From Parcubacteria group bacterium LiPW_41 (lineage in GTDB: Bacteria > Patescibacteriota > Minisyncoccia > UBA6257 > GWB1-50-10), in the NCBI GenBank assembly GCA_007375535.1, contig VMEM01000001.1, positions 103,462-167,461 of the forward strand: a stretch of DNA of 64,000 bases, written 5' to 3'. The position numbers and the translations under genes were made by a program. This document shows, piece after piece, positions 20,204 through 29,987 of the stretch (positions are counted from its first letter, which is position 1; each line of letters begins with the position of its first letter). The notes beneath the pieces were generated by a model. That model had not been told where the DNA came from. It saw only the letters and a list, made by a program, of their open reading frames with translations, and did not search any database.

Positions 20204-20848
20204 ATGCAAGAAGTAAGCTCGCCAACACAAAAATTTGTTGAAATAAACGAAATAAAAGACGGGGTGGTTTATTTAAAAAACGGAGGAATCCGTAGAGTTT
20301 TAATTGTTGGTGGTATAAACTTTGACCTTAAATCTGAGGCAGAACAAAACCTTATCTTGGGAAGTTTTCAAAATTTTTTAAATACTGTTGATTATCCCAT
20401 TCAGTTATTCATACACTCACGAAAAGTTAATGTTGACGCATATCTAGACAAGATGAGAGAGCGAAGAGAAAAAGAAGAAAATGAATTACTACGAATTCAA
20501 ATCGATGAATACATAAATTTTATTAAGACGCTTGTTGAACAAAATTCAATTATCTCAAAGACATTTTTTGTTGTGGTTCCTTATGAAGGGGGTGTGAGTA
20601 ATTCCTCACCAGTCGGAATTATCTCTTCTTTGTTTAGTTCGCAAAAATCAAAAAATGCCGAAGAAAAAGCGACCACCCAATCAAAATTGGAACAATTAGA
20701 ACACCGAGCGGTTGAGGTACGTGCGGGACTAGAACAAATTGGTCTCCATGTTTCAGAACTAGACGACGAAGAACTTACAGAACTTTTTTATAATTTGTAT
20801 AATCCACAATTGATTGAAAAAAAAGATCTTCAAATAGCAAAAAAATAA
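20204..20848 (+). CDS. VirB4-associated protein (TraC N-terminal-like)
   Basis: TQKFVEI.EIKDG, INFDLKSEAEQ, FFVVVPY, ELFYNLYNP; lies between PrgI and VirB4. Confidence 0.7.
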   Translation: MQEVSSPTQKFVEINEIKDGVVYLKNGGIRRVLIVGGINFDLKSEAEQNLILGSFQNFLNTVDYPIQLFIHSRKVNVDAYLDKMRERREKEENELLRIQIDEYINFIKTLVEQNSIISKTFFVVVPYEGGVSNSSPVGIISSLFSSQKSKNAEEKATTQSKLEQLEHRAVEVRAGLEQIGLHVSELDDEELTELFYNLYNPQLIEKKDLQIAKK

Positions 20849-20852
20849 ACAA

Positions 20853-22604
20853 ATGAAAATCTCAATTCCACAAGCATATACTCCCTCTTCAAAGGATCTC
20901 CCAAATGTTATAGCGCCATCTGGGCTTGAGGTTAGTGCAAATTATATCAAGCTTGGAGATTACTTTGTAAAAACATTGTTTATATATACATACCCTCGAT
21001 ACGTTTCGAGTGGGTGGTTCTCTCCAGTGATTAATATGGCGGAAATGATGGATATATCTGTTTTTGTTCACCCAATGGATACTGCATATGCCCTAAAAGA
21101 TTTAAAAAAGAAGGTTGCAAACATTGAGGCTGAGCTCTGGGACAAACAAGACAAAGGTCTTGTTCGTGACCCAATGCTTGAAACCGCATACGAAGATGTT
21201 GAACAACTCCGTGATTCATTACTACAGGCTAGAGAAAAACTTTTTCGTGTTGGTGTATATATTACACTTTATGCTCACACTTTAGACGAGCTTCGAAAAC
21301 TTGAAGAAAAGATAGAATCAACTCTCGAGAGTAAGCTTGTGTATATAAAACCAGCACTTTTCAAACAACTTGAGGGTTTCAACTCTTCAGCACTTCCGAT
21401 TAATACTGACTCTCTTGAGATTACAACACCACTAAATTCAAGCCCAGCATCCTCGTTGTTCCCGTTCGTCTCTCCAGACTTATCCTCTGAAAAAGGAATT
21501 TTGTATGGGGTTAATATGCACAACAACAGCTTGATTATCTTCGATAGATTTTCTCTTCAGAATGCAAATCAGGTTATTTTTGCAACCTCTGGTGCTGGAA
21601 AATCATACACCACAAAACTCCAAGTGCTTCGCTCTTTAATGCTTGGAATAAATGTTATTATCATTGACCCAGAAAACGAATATCAAAATCTTTCAAATGC
21701 AATTGGTGGAAGTTATTTTAAAATCTCCCTTACCTCTCAAAACCATGTAAATCCTTTTGATATTCCAATTATTCCAGAAGGAGAGGAGCCATCTGATGTA
21801 TTCAAGTCTCATGTTTTGAATGTGACAGGATTGTTAAAATTGATGCTTGGTGCAATAACCCCAGAAGAAGATTCTCTTCTTGATAGAGTCGTAACCGAAA
21901 CATACGCTTCTCGTGATATAACAGCAGAAAATTTCGGCACAATGAAAGGAGTGAACCCTCCATTACTTGAAGACCTACAAGTGATTCTTTCAAGTACACA
22001 AGGAGGACAGACACTTGCTGCACGACTCGATAAGTTTACTCATGGTTCATATGCGGGCTTTACCAACGCACCAACAAACGTTGATATAAAAAACAGACTT
22101 ATTGTTTTTTCAATTCGAGATCTTGAAGAGGAGCTTCGCCCAATAGCAATGTATATTGTGTTGAATTTTGTGTGGAATCTTGTTCGATCAAAACTCCAAC
22201 AACGCGCCCTTATTATTGATGAGGCGTGGTTAATGATGAAATACAAAGATTCTGCATCTTTCCTTTTTGGGTTAGTAAAAAGAGCACGTAAATATTATTT
22301 GGGAATTACCACAATAACACAGGACGTCGAGGACTTCTTAAAATCAGAATATGGAAAACCTATTGTTACAAACTCTTCAATGCAGATACTAATGAAGCAA
22401 TCCCCGGGATCAATTGATGCGGTAGCAACCGCGTTTAGCTTAACCGAAGGAGAACGTTCATTTCTTTTGGAGGCTGGTGTTGGAGAAGGACTTTTCTTTG
22501 CTGGAGCAAAACATGTTGCAATGAAAGTAATTGCCTCATACACCGAAGATCAAATTGTCACCACAAATCCTGAACAGGTTCTTGAGTCAAAAGGACTTTC
22601 ATAA
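20853..22604 (+). CDS. virB4: VirB4-like T4SS ATPase
   Basis: Walker A ATSGAGKS, IIDPENEY, Walker B IIDEAW, KRARKY, ITQDVEDF. Confidence 0.9.
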   Translation: MKISIPQAYTPSSKDLPNVIAPSGLEVSANYIKLGDYFVKTLFIYTYPRYVSSGWFSPVINMAEMMDISVFVHPMDTAYALKDLKKKVANIEAELWDKQDKGLVRDPMLETAYEDVEQLRDSLLQAREKLFRVGVYITLYAHTLDELRKLEEKIESTLESKLVYIKPALFKQLEGFNSSALPINTDSLEITTPLNSSPASSLFPFVSPDLSSEKGILYGVNMHNNSLIIFDRFSLQNANQVIFATSGAGKSYTTKLQVLRSLMLGINVIIIDPENEYQNLSNAIGGSYFKISLTSQNHVNPFDIPIIPEGEEPSDVFKSHVLNVTGLLKLMLGAITPEEDSLLDRVVTETYASRDITAENFGTMKGVNPPLLEDLQVILSSTQGGQTLAARLDKFTHGSYAGFTNAPTNVDIKNRLIVFSIRDLEEELRPIAMYIVLNFVWNLVRSKLQQRALIIDEAWLMMKYKDSASFLFGLVKRARKYYLGITTITQDVEDFLKSEYGKPIVTNSSMQILMKQSPGSIDAVATAFSLTEGERSFLLEAGVGEGLFFAGAKHVAMKVIASYTEDQIVTTNPEQVLESKGLS

Positions 22605-22606
22605 TA

Positions 22607-23152
22607 ATGAGTCAAAAAGCAGAGAAAAAATTCGGAGAAGGGGAAATGTTTCTTGGTTTTGTTGTTGGGTTGATTATTGATGGGATTGCATTTCTCGGAG
22701 ATGCAATCTCTCTTGGTTTTGGGGGTTGGATTGTACAGGGTTTTTTGTGGCCAGCTATAAAAATGTTCTGGCTCAACAAGGGAGGTGGGAGTGTTCTGAA
22801 CGACCCATTGAAAGGGTATTTAGTTCCAATTCTTGTTCAGGGCCTTCCATTTCTTCCAACTATGTGCGCAACAATAATAGTGGTGATGTTTTTAGAGAAT
22901 AAACAAGCGAAATTAGGTATAATAAATACAATAGACACAACAAACAAAACTAAATTGTTAAAACCTAAGGAAATATCAAGTGAAACAAAGGAAAAAATGG
23001 AAACCTTAGAAAGACCAACGCCCGGGATACCACTCTCAAACACCAGCAAACCTCGCATCCTTTCAATTCCCTCATCTCCGATTAGAACAAAAAACAACCC
23101 TATAATACAAGAACACAATGAAGAAAAAGAAACATTTCGGAACGCCGCTTAA
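22607..23152 (+). CDS. Hypothetical membrane protein
   Basis: Hydrophobic N-terminal half with LPFLPT segment. Confidence 0.6.
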   Translation: MSQKAEKKFGEGEMFLGFVVGLIIDGIAFLGDAISLGFGGWIVQGFLWPAIKMFWLNKGGGSVLNDPLKGYLVPILVQGLPFLPTMCATIIVVMFLENKQAKLGIINTIDTTNKTKLLKPKEISSETKEKMETLERPTPGIPLSNTSKPRILSIPSSPIRTKNNPIIQEHNEEKETFRNAA

Positions 23153-23807
23153 TATAATTGTTTTTTTTGTTTTGTTTTTTGGTATTTTTGCCTCTTCTCA
23201 TGCTGGAAATCCAGAACTTATTGTGACGTGGAAAGCAGATAATTTCTATCCAACATCTTATACTGGGAAGGCAATTCCTTCGTATGGGACAAAAACATCC
23301 TTTGCTGTCGAGGCCATCCAAGACGGAAAGTTATTAGACATCTCAAAATCAACAATTGAGTGGAGAAAAAATGGAGAACGGATAAAAAAGGGGGAAGGAC
23401 AAAAAGAGGCGTTAGTGGTCTTTTCCAATACCGATAGAACAAGTTTTGTTTCAGTTTCGGTTTTAATTAATGGAACATCGATCGAAAAGAGTATATCAAT
23501 ACCGATTACTGAACCAAGACTAGTTATTGAGATACCATACAAAAACTTAACAGCACCAAAAAATTCAGACATATCAATAACTGCAACTCCATATTTTTTT
23601 AATGCAACATCTTTAAATGACTTTTCTTTTTCGTGGAATATTAATGGTATAAAAAAGGGAACTGGGACAAACAATAAATTAACATTAAACACTGGAAACC
23701 CAAGCTCCCAAAGTGATTCAGTTGTTACAATTTTGGGATACGCCCAAAATAAAAAATCTCTTTTGGAAATAAAGAAAACACAAGCAAAACTATTTATTAG
23801 TGATTAA
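23118..23807 (+). CDS. Secreted protein with two Ig/PKD-like beta domains
   Basis: Signal peptide; TWKADNFYP..Y.GKAIP, IEW..NG, ATPYFF, FSWNING. Confidence 0.65.
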   Translation: MKKKKHFGTPLNIIVFFVLFFGIFASSHAGNPELIVTWKADNFYPTSYTGKAIPSYGTKTSFAVEAIQDGKLLDISKSTIEWRKNGERIKKGEGQKEALVVFSNTDRTSFVSVSVLINGTSIEKSISIPITEPRLVIEIPYKNLTAPKNSDISITATPYFFNATSLNDFSFSWNINGIKKGTGTNNKLTLNTGNPSSQSDSVVTILGYAQNKKSLLEIKKTQAKLFISD

Positions 23808-23809
23808 TT

Positions 23810-24997
23810 ATGAAATCTATTTATAAATTTTTTATTATTGCTCTTATACTTGGAATAATTGCTTGGATTGTTTATTTTGTGGTATCAAAAAACTCAACAC
23901 CTATTGAATTAATTGAAAACACCTCAACAAGCACAACAACTGAGGTAATAGATATTAGTAGTGATACTGGAGGAGAGGACACCCCAACAAGCACAACCGA
24001 ACAAACATTAATAGAACAATCCGATAATGGAATTTTTGATGACGGGAACTACAAACCAGAGACAGTGAAAACATCTTTTAGTGAGTTTAAAAAAATCTCT
24101 GATGTCCCAGCAAAATTTTATTGGTATTATGCCGAAAATAATAGAATTTTCTACACAACAGAAAATGGTCAAATAAAAAAAGTTATCGACGGAAAGAGTG
24201 AGTTGGTTGAAATAAACCCATTAAAGGATTTAATAAGTGTTCGCCCAAACCAAGATGGCTCTTTTGTTTTGTTGCGCTTTACAACTGCTTCTGGTGCTAT
24301 ATGGGGTATCTTCTCTTCTATGGACGAAAAAATATCCCCTCTCAACCCCTCAATTGCCGATGCAATATGGGATTTAAATAATGAGGATATAATTACACTA
24401 CAAAATAAAAACGGAAAAATTGATATTACCTCTTTTTCTCGTTTGAAAAACTATTCAGAAGGCGTAACATTGATTCCAGAAATAAAACTACTTGATGTCG
24501 ATCTAATAAAAAAATCTCAAGATGAATTATTGTTTGTTGAAAAGTTTGGAAATGGTTATACAACATCAATTTGGCAATACAATTTAAAAACAAAGCTTTT
24601 TTCTACTATAAGATCAGGTCTTTTAGATTTTTCTATTAAAACAACACCGGAGGTATATTTTTCACTATCAAAAAACTCTGGTTTCTCAATAGAAAACACT
24701 TCCTTTAAAAGAATTTTGCCAACAACACACAATACAATACCAGAAAAATGTTCCGCTTTTCTTTCTACTGCTTTTTGTTTTGTTCCTCAAAGTTCGGTTT
24801 CTTACTTTGATTGGATTACAAACTTTATGTTTACTGACGACTTATTATACTTATACGACTTAAACACCCAAATAGAAGACCAAATTCAAATTTCAGAATT
24901 TACAAAAAAACAAATTGACGCAAAAAATATAATACCAACATATTCTTCACTTTATTTTATAAACAAATATGACAACTTTATTTATGCGCTCAACTAA
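23810..24997 (+). CDS. Membrane-anchored protein with Thr-rich linker and probable beta-propeller
   Basis: N-terminal TM, TSTSTTT linker, beta-rich repeats, PEKC...FCFVP. Confidence 0.6.
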   Translation: MKSIYKFFIIALILGIIAWIVYFVVSKNSTPIELIENTSTSTTTEVIDISSDTGGEDTPTSTTEQTLIEQSDNGIFDDGNYKPETVKTSFSEFKKISDVPAKFYWYYAENNRIFYTTENGQIKKVIDGKSELVEINPLKDLISVRPNQDGSFVLLRFTTASGAIWGIFSSMDEKISPLNPSIADAIWDLNNEDIITLQNKNGKIDITSFSRLKNYSEGVTLIPEIKLLDVDLIKKSQDELLFVEKFGNGYTTSIWQYNLKTKLFSTIRSGLLDFSIKTTPEVYFSLSKNSGFSIENTSFKRILPTTHNTIPEKCSAFLSTAFCFVPQSSVSYFDWITNFMFTDDLLYLYDLNTQIEDQIQISEFTKKQIDAKNIIPTYSSLYFINKYDNFIYALN

Positions 24998-26600
24998 ATT
25001 ATTCTCTCTTGTTTTTTTGTTTCTAATTATACTAGGGACTGTTTCTTTTCCTTTGTTTGTTGGAGCCCAAACAACTAGCACCACAAGCACAAGCGATTTA
25101 CACCTTGTTTTTGAGCCTCCATGCGTAAAAATAGGAGTCGGTTCTATTGATAGTTGTAGTCCGATCACTGACATACAAACATATATAAAACGTTTGTATC
25201 AGTTTGCTGTGGGAATCTCTGGAATTGTCGCGGTAGGAATGATTGTATATGGAGCGATTTTAATAATTGTTAAATCAGAAAACGTTGTAGCAAAAAGCGA
25301 AGGAAAACAAATCATACAAGATGCTCTTTGGGGGGTATTACTTCTTTTTGCCTCCTATCTTCTTCTTAATACAATAAATCCAGAACTTGTAAAACTAAAA
25401 GAACCAACAACAGGAGATATAATAAAAACCACAACAAGTTCTCAACTAACTCAATTAAACGCCGTCTCGTGTGGAACGTCTACAAATATATATGCAGTTA
25501 ATGGTGTCCCTATTTATTCTGGAGATTCAAGCACAAACACAAAAGCGCCCCAAGGACCAGATGGGGAATATATTGAACCAGATAATAAATGTGGCTTCAG
25601 ACGGGTTATTTTAAGACACGCCGCTGATATTACTGATAATTCTGGAGAGGCTTCAAAGTACTACGCAGAAGATGAGGGTTTAGACGAAAACACCATTGTG
25701 TGGACATATCCATATTTTATAAAATCCGAGGGAGCGAAAAACGCATCAGACGACATGAATATTACAACAAAACGTTGTGTTATATATGCAATACGCGAAC
25801 CAGTTGATGACGACGAGAAAGCAGAAACAGTGATGGTTGATCTAAACTCAAACATCACCCCTTGTATATTAAACGACAAACAAAAACCTGGTTGGATTTG
25901 GGGAAACGATGTGTCTTCTACGACAATAAACACAAACACAACTATCATTTCCTCTACAACACTCTCTTTGGTAAAAGCAAAAGCAGAATTTCTTAAAAAT
26001 ACCGGAAAAGTCCTTTTTGATGGAAACGGTGATTGTCCCCCTAACAGTGAGACAAGTGCGAATGGAGTTTTTTCTTCTCTTTTAAGCGGACAAGCTCCAT
26101 ATATTTGTTCTTCTTCTTGTGCGTGCTCAAAAACAAACACGACAGTCTCTGTAAATCTCTTGAGTTCACTTATAAACCTTACCGGAAGAACTGATGGATT
26201 TACAATAACATCACTCACTGGTGGAGCACACTCTGCAAATTCGGCACATTATAGTGGGATCGCGGCCGACTTAAAACCAACAAGAACAACAAGTTGGGAT
26301 CAATTATTTACACAATCAAAAACTTTATTTGACAGCAATAAGTTGTTTTGTGAGGTTTATTATGATACTACAGCAATCGAAAACATAAAAAAACTTCCTA
26401 TCTCCGAATCAAATCCAAATCCAAAATATTTATATTCAACAGACCCGTCGAGTGGCGCTATAACATTTACACGACAAGGAAAAAGTACAAGATGCACAAA
26501 AGAAAGCAAATATCATTGTATGGAACAAACTGATGGATGTTGGGATATTTTTTCAGAAGCTGGGGGAACAGGAAAACATATTCACGTACAAACAAAATAA
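24984..26600 (+). CDS. VirB2-like pilin fused to a Cys-rich domain and an M15/LAS-like metallopeptidase domain
   Basis: Pilin motif TM-KSEGKQIIQDALWG-TM-LLNTINPEL; later SAHYSGIAADL and terminal HIH. Confidence 0.7.
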   Translation: MRSTKLFSLVFLFLIILGTVSFPLFVGAQTTSTTSTSDLHLVFEPPCVKIGVGSIDSCSPITDIQTYIKRLYQFAVGISGIVAVGMIVYGAILIIVKSENVVAKSEGKQIIQDALWGVLLLFASYLLLNTINPELVKLKEPTTGDIIKTTTSSQLTQLNAVSCGTSTNIYAVNGVPIYSGDSSTNTKAPQGPDGEYIEPDNKCGFRRVILRHAADITDNSGEASKYYAEDEGLDENTIVWTYPYFIKSEGAKNASDDMNITTKRCVIYAIREPVDDDEKAETVMVDLNSNITPCILNDKQKPGWIWGNDVSSTTINTNTTIISSTTLSLVKAKAEFLKNTGKVLFDGNGDCPPNSETSANGVFSSLLSGQAPYICSSSCACSKTNTTVSVNLLSSLINLTGRTDGFTITSLTGGAHSANSAHYSGIAADLKPTRTTSWDQLFTQSKTLFDSNKLFCEVYYDTTAIENIKKLPISESNPNPKYLYSTDPSSGAITFTRQGKSTRCTKESKYHCMEQTDGCWDIFSEAGGTGKHIHVQTK

Positions 26601-26624
26601 AATCCGCCTTTCGGCGGATTTTTT
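26599..26624. terminator. Bidirectional terminator
   Basis: AAAATCCGCC-TTTC-GGCGGATTTT between convergent genes. Confidence 0.8.
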
Positions 26625-27054
26625 ATTGAACAAATTTTATCATTACGTGCCTATCTTTTCCTACCCCAACACTTTCAGTAGTTAACTCTGGGTGAGTGGT
26701 AATCTCCATATGAACAATTCTTCGTTCGTATCCATTCATTGGAGGGAGTTCAACTTCTTGTTTTGTTATCATTGCTTTTTTTGCTGCGGCTTTCGCTAAA
26801 TCTACAATAATTCGCTCTCGCTCCTTTCGATAGTAATTTATATCGATAACATGGGGGATTAATCCTTTCTTTTTGAGAATGGTATTGATAATGTGATCAA
26901 ACGCAGGAAGAATGGTAGTAATATTTTCATCAACAAACCGATTCTCTATAAGAATAATGACCTTGCGGCGCTCCTCATCAAGAGAAACCTCTGCATTTGG
27001 AAACCCAATATTAGTAACAAATTCTTTTACTGCCTCAATAATCGCTTCTTTCAT
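26623..27054 (-). CDS. jag: Jag/EloR (KhpB)-like R3H RNA-binding protein, short form
   Basis: LPPMNGYERRIVH R3H motif; located downstream of yidC. Confidence 0.88.
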   Translation of the reverse strand: MKEAIIEAVKEFVTNIGFPNAEVSLDEERRKVIILIENRFVDENITTILPAFDHIINTILKKKGLIPHVIDINYYRKERERIIVDLAKAAAKKAMITKQEVELPPMNGYERRIVHMEITTHPELTTESVGVGKDRHVMIKFVQ

Positions 27055-27073
27055 AGCGTTTTCTAGTATACAA

Positions 27074-27745
27074 CTAATCCTCTAGTTTTGGCAATTTTTT
27101 ATTAATATATATTTGTTGTCCAATCGCAAAAACCGAAGAAACAATCCAATAAATACTTAGAGCCGATGGAAGGTTTGAAAAGATTAAAACAGTAAGAATT
27201 GGGCCCACATACACCATAGTTTTCGCCATAGAGGCAAATGTGTTTTCTTTCTCAGTTGTCACTGTTTTTGGAAGCGAGAGTTTTCCTTGGATGTATTGTA
27301 GTCCAGCAGCAACTATAGGAAGAATGATTCCCTTACCACCCAAATCAATTAATCCAAACATCATCGTGCTTGCAAGCCCGATGTTTCCCAATTCTCTCCC
27401 AAATAATTTAAACAATGCGAAAAAAATTGGAAGCTGAATAAGAACTGAAAATATTCCAAAAAAAGGATTAAAACTATATTTTTTATATAATTCCAGTAAT
27501 TCTTTTGCTTGTCGCTCTTTATCATCTTTGTGATCTGTTTGGAGTTTTTTTATGTGTGGTTGGAGTTTTTGCATTATTGCTTGATCCTTTGCTCCTTTGT
27601 AAAACAAAGGGAACAATACAACACGTATAAGAACAGTGAGAAGTATTATAGCCACACCAAGATCAGAAAACGCTACTGATTTATAAATAAACAAAAGAAC
27701 CGACAAAAGTGGTTCATATATATACGAATTAAATAATCCTGCCAT
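27074..27745 (-). CDS. yidC: Membrane protein insertase YidC (short form)
   Basis: GVAIILLTVLIRVVLFPL, LIQLPIFF, LPSALSIYW. Confidence 0.93.
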   Translation of the reverse strand: MAGLFNSYIYEPLLSVLLFIYKSVAFSDLGVAIILLTVLIRVVLFPLFYKGAKDQAIMQKLQPHIKKLQTDHKDDKERQAKELLELYKKYSFNPFFGIFSVLIQLPIFFALFKLFGRELGNIGLASTMMFGLIDLGGKGIILPIVAAGLQYIQGKLSLPKTVTTEKENTFASMAKTMVYVGPILTVLIFSNLPSALSIYWIVSSVFAIGQQIYINKKLPKLED

Positions 27746-27812
27746 ATGGGAACATTGTACTATAGAAATCCCTCTTGGTATAGTTTTTTTAAAATTTAAA
27801 AAGAGGGGGTTT

Positions 27813-28058
27813 TTATAAAAGATTTATTAAATCTTTTTCAGTTTCTTTAAATTTCGCACCGATAATTTCTTTTTTAGGAATAACACAAAACACTTCACGC
27901 TCTTTCTTTGTTTTTCTTAAAATACTTCTTATTTGTCTCTTAATTTTATTCCTTAGAACAGCGGTTTTAAATGTTTTTTTAGATATAGAGAAAACGCACG
28001 GCGTTTTTGTTTCGCTGTGCGTCTTTCTCTTTAGGATAAAATAGAGTCCCTCCGCCAT
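27813..28058 (-). CDS. rnpA: Ribonuclease P protein component
   Basis: ISKK..KTAVLRNKIKRQIR (RNR motif); sits between rpmH and yidC. Confidence 0.85.
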   Translation of the reverse strand: MAEGLYFILKRKTHSETKTPCVFSISKKTFKTAVLRNKIKRQIRSILRKTKKEREVFCVIPKKEIIGAKFKETEKDLINLL

Positions 28059-28063
28059 AATGA

Positions 28064-28198
28064 TTAAACAGTGAGTTTTTTTCTTCCTCGTGCTCTCCTT
28101 CGTGCAAGCACCTTCTTGCCACCAGGAGTACTTGAGCGCTCAAGAAACCCGTGTGTTGTTGCTCTCTTTTTTTTCTTTGGTTGATATGTTCTCTTCAT
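28064..28198 (-). CDS. rpmH: 50S ribosomal protein L34 (not in the ORF track)
   Basis: Translates to [44 protein letters not shown]. Confidence 0.96.
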   Translation of the reverse strand: MKRTYQPKKKKRATTHGFLERSSTPGGKKVLARRRARGRKKLTV

Positions 28199-28412
28199 GT
28201 ATCTATGCTACCAACATACAATAACACAAGGGTTTTCTTTTTGCAATAAAAACCTTTTAAAACCAAAAAAACGAGTTATCAACAAGAAGTCCACAGTTAC
28301 AGCATAAACCGAGACTTTATTCAATATTGAAAGATTATATAATACACGTATTATTGAGTGAGAAAGTATCTGTTTTATTTTCTTGAAAGGAATTAAACAA
28401 AAAATAACTATT

Positions 28413-29792
28413 ATGAATCACAACGAACTTTGGAAAACGGTACTTGGAGAAATTGAGGTTCAAATATCGCGTCCAAATTTTCTTACATGGTTAAAAAATA
28501 GTGAACTTATCCAAAAAGACGAGAAAGAGGGTATAGCATTGGTTGCACTTCCAAACAACTTTGCAAAAGAATGGGTAAAAAACAGATATCACAAAATTAT
28601 TTTAGGATCTCTTCGAAATGTTGATAGTAGTATTAAACAAGTTAACTACACAGTAGTAAGCCACACCACACCACAACCAACAATAAAGAAAAAGGAAGTT
28701 GTCCGTGGGCTTGAACTTGTAGACGAAAAGGCAAACCCTATATCAGAACTCTCAATAAACCAAAAAACAAACTTAAACCCTAAATATTCTTTTGATACAT
28801 ATATTGTTGGGTCTTCAAACGAACTCGCTTTTGCCGCAATTCAGGCGATTATTAATGATGTGGGAAAAAAATATAATCCTTTGTTTATTTATGGAGGTGT
28901 TGGGTTGGGAAAAACCCACCTGCTCCAGGCAGCGGGGAATGAAGTAACAAAAAAATATGACGGAAAAGTACGTGTTTTATATACAACATCAGAGAAATTT
29001 ATAAACGATGTAGTGTGGTCTGTTCGAAACAAGCGAATGGATGATATGAAAAAGAAATATCGAGACATTGATATGCTCATCGTTGATGATATTCAATTTA
29101 TTGGAGGAAAACCCGCCACAGAATTAGAATTTTTCTATACATTTAACGCTCTTTACGAAAATAACAAACAAATAATTATCTCGTCAGATCGATCCCCAGC
29201 AGCAATACCAACACTTGAAGAACGCCTTCGATCTCGTTTTGAGGGTGGAATGATCGCTGATATATCCTACCCAGATTATGAGATGCGCCTAGCAATTTTA
29301 AAAACAAAAGCACAAAACCAAAACAAAATTATCGATGATTGGGTTTTAGAATATATTGCTTCAAAAGTTCAAAGAAATATACGAGAAGTTGAAGGTGTTT
29401 TAAATAAGGTTATCTTCTATGAAGATTATAAGAAACAAAAAGTTGATCAGAGGAAACTCGAAGAAATTATAAACGAGACCATCCAAATAAGCCCAAAAAA
29501 TATAAGTGCTCAAGATATAATTAAGACAGTAGCTGAGTTTTATGAAATATCTCAAGCAGATCTTACAAATAGGGGAAGGAAACAAGAGGTTGTAGAGCCG
29601 CGCCAAATCGCAATGTTTCTTCTCCGTGATATATTAAAACTCTCTTATCCCCACATTGGAGAAAAATTAGGAAAAAGAGACCACACCACAGTGATACATG
29701 CATGTGAAAAAATAACAAAAGAACTTACACAAAACCCAAATTTAAATCAAAAGATAATGTTAATAAAAGAAAAAATGTTTAAAACATGTTGA
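28413..29792 (+). CDS. dnaA: Chromosomal replication initiator DnaA
   Basis: YNPLFIYGGVGLGKTHL, DDIQF, RLRSRFEGG, RDHTTVIHA. Confidence 0.98.
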   Translation: MNHNELWKTVLGEIEVQISRPNFLTWLKNSELIQKDEKEGIALVALPNNFAKEWVKNRYHKIILGSLRNVDSSIKQVNYTVVSHTTPQPTIKKKEVVRGLELVDEKANPISELSINQKTNLNPKYSFDTYIVGSSNELAFAAIQAIINDVGKKYNPLFIYGGVGLGKTHLLQAAGNEVTKKYDGKVRVLYTTSEKFINDVVWSVRNKRMDDMKKKYRDIDMLIVDDIQFIGGKPATELEFFYTFNALYENNKQIIISSDRSPAAIPTLEERLRSRFEGGMIADISYPDYEMRLAILKTKAQNQNKIIDDWVLEYIASKVQRNIREVEGVLNKVIFYEDYKKQKVDQRKLEEIINETIQISPKNISAQDIIKTVAEFYEISQADLTNRGRKQEVVEPRQIAMFLLRDILKLSYPHIGEKLGKRDHTTVIHACEKITKELTQNPNLNQKIMLIKEKMFKTC

Positions 29793-29987
29793 TAACTACC
29801 AAGATAACTGTGTAAATGACCCATCTAAAGTTGTGGATTAATAAAGCAAAAAAATAAAATTGAAATAATAATCCACAGAACACTTTTTCTTTCTTCATTT
29901 TCTCCACAGATAAAAAAGCTAAAAACATATATATAATCAAGGAAAAATAGACTTATCCACTTATACACACCCCTTACTACTATTACT
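29787..29987. other. Replication origin oriC (dnaA-dnaN intergenic)
   Basis: DnaA-box-like 9-mers at 29787, 29832, 29869, 29900, 29953 and 29961, then a C run and TACTACTATTACT DnaA-trios; + strand shifts by eye from A/C-rich to G/T-rich across this region. Confidence 0.88.

Noticed and set aside
13373-26600. ICE or conjugative element
   Set aside because: No relaxase, coupling protein, integrase or flanking repeats; the locus is coupled to rsmA
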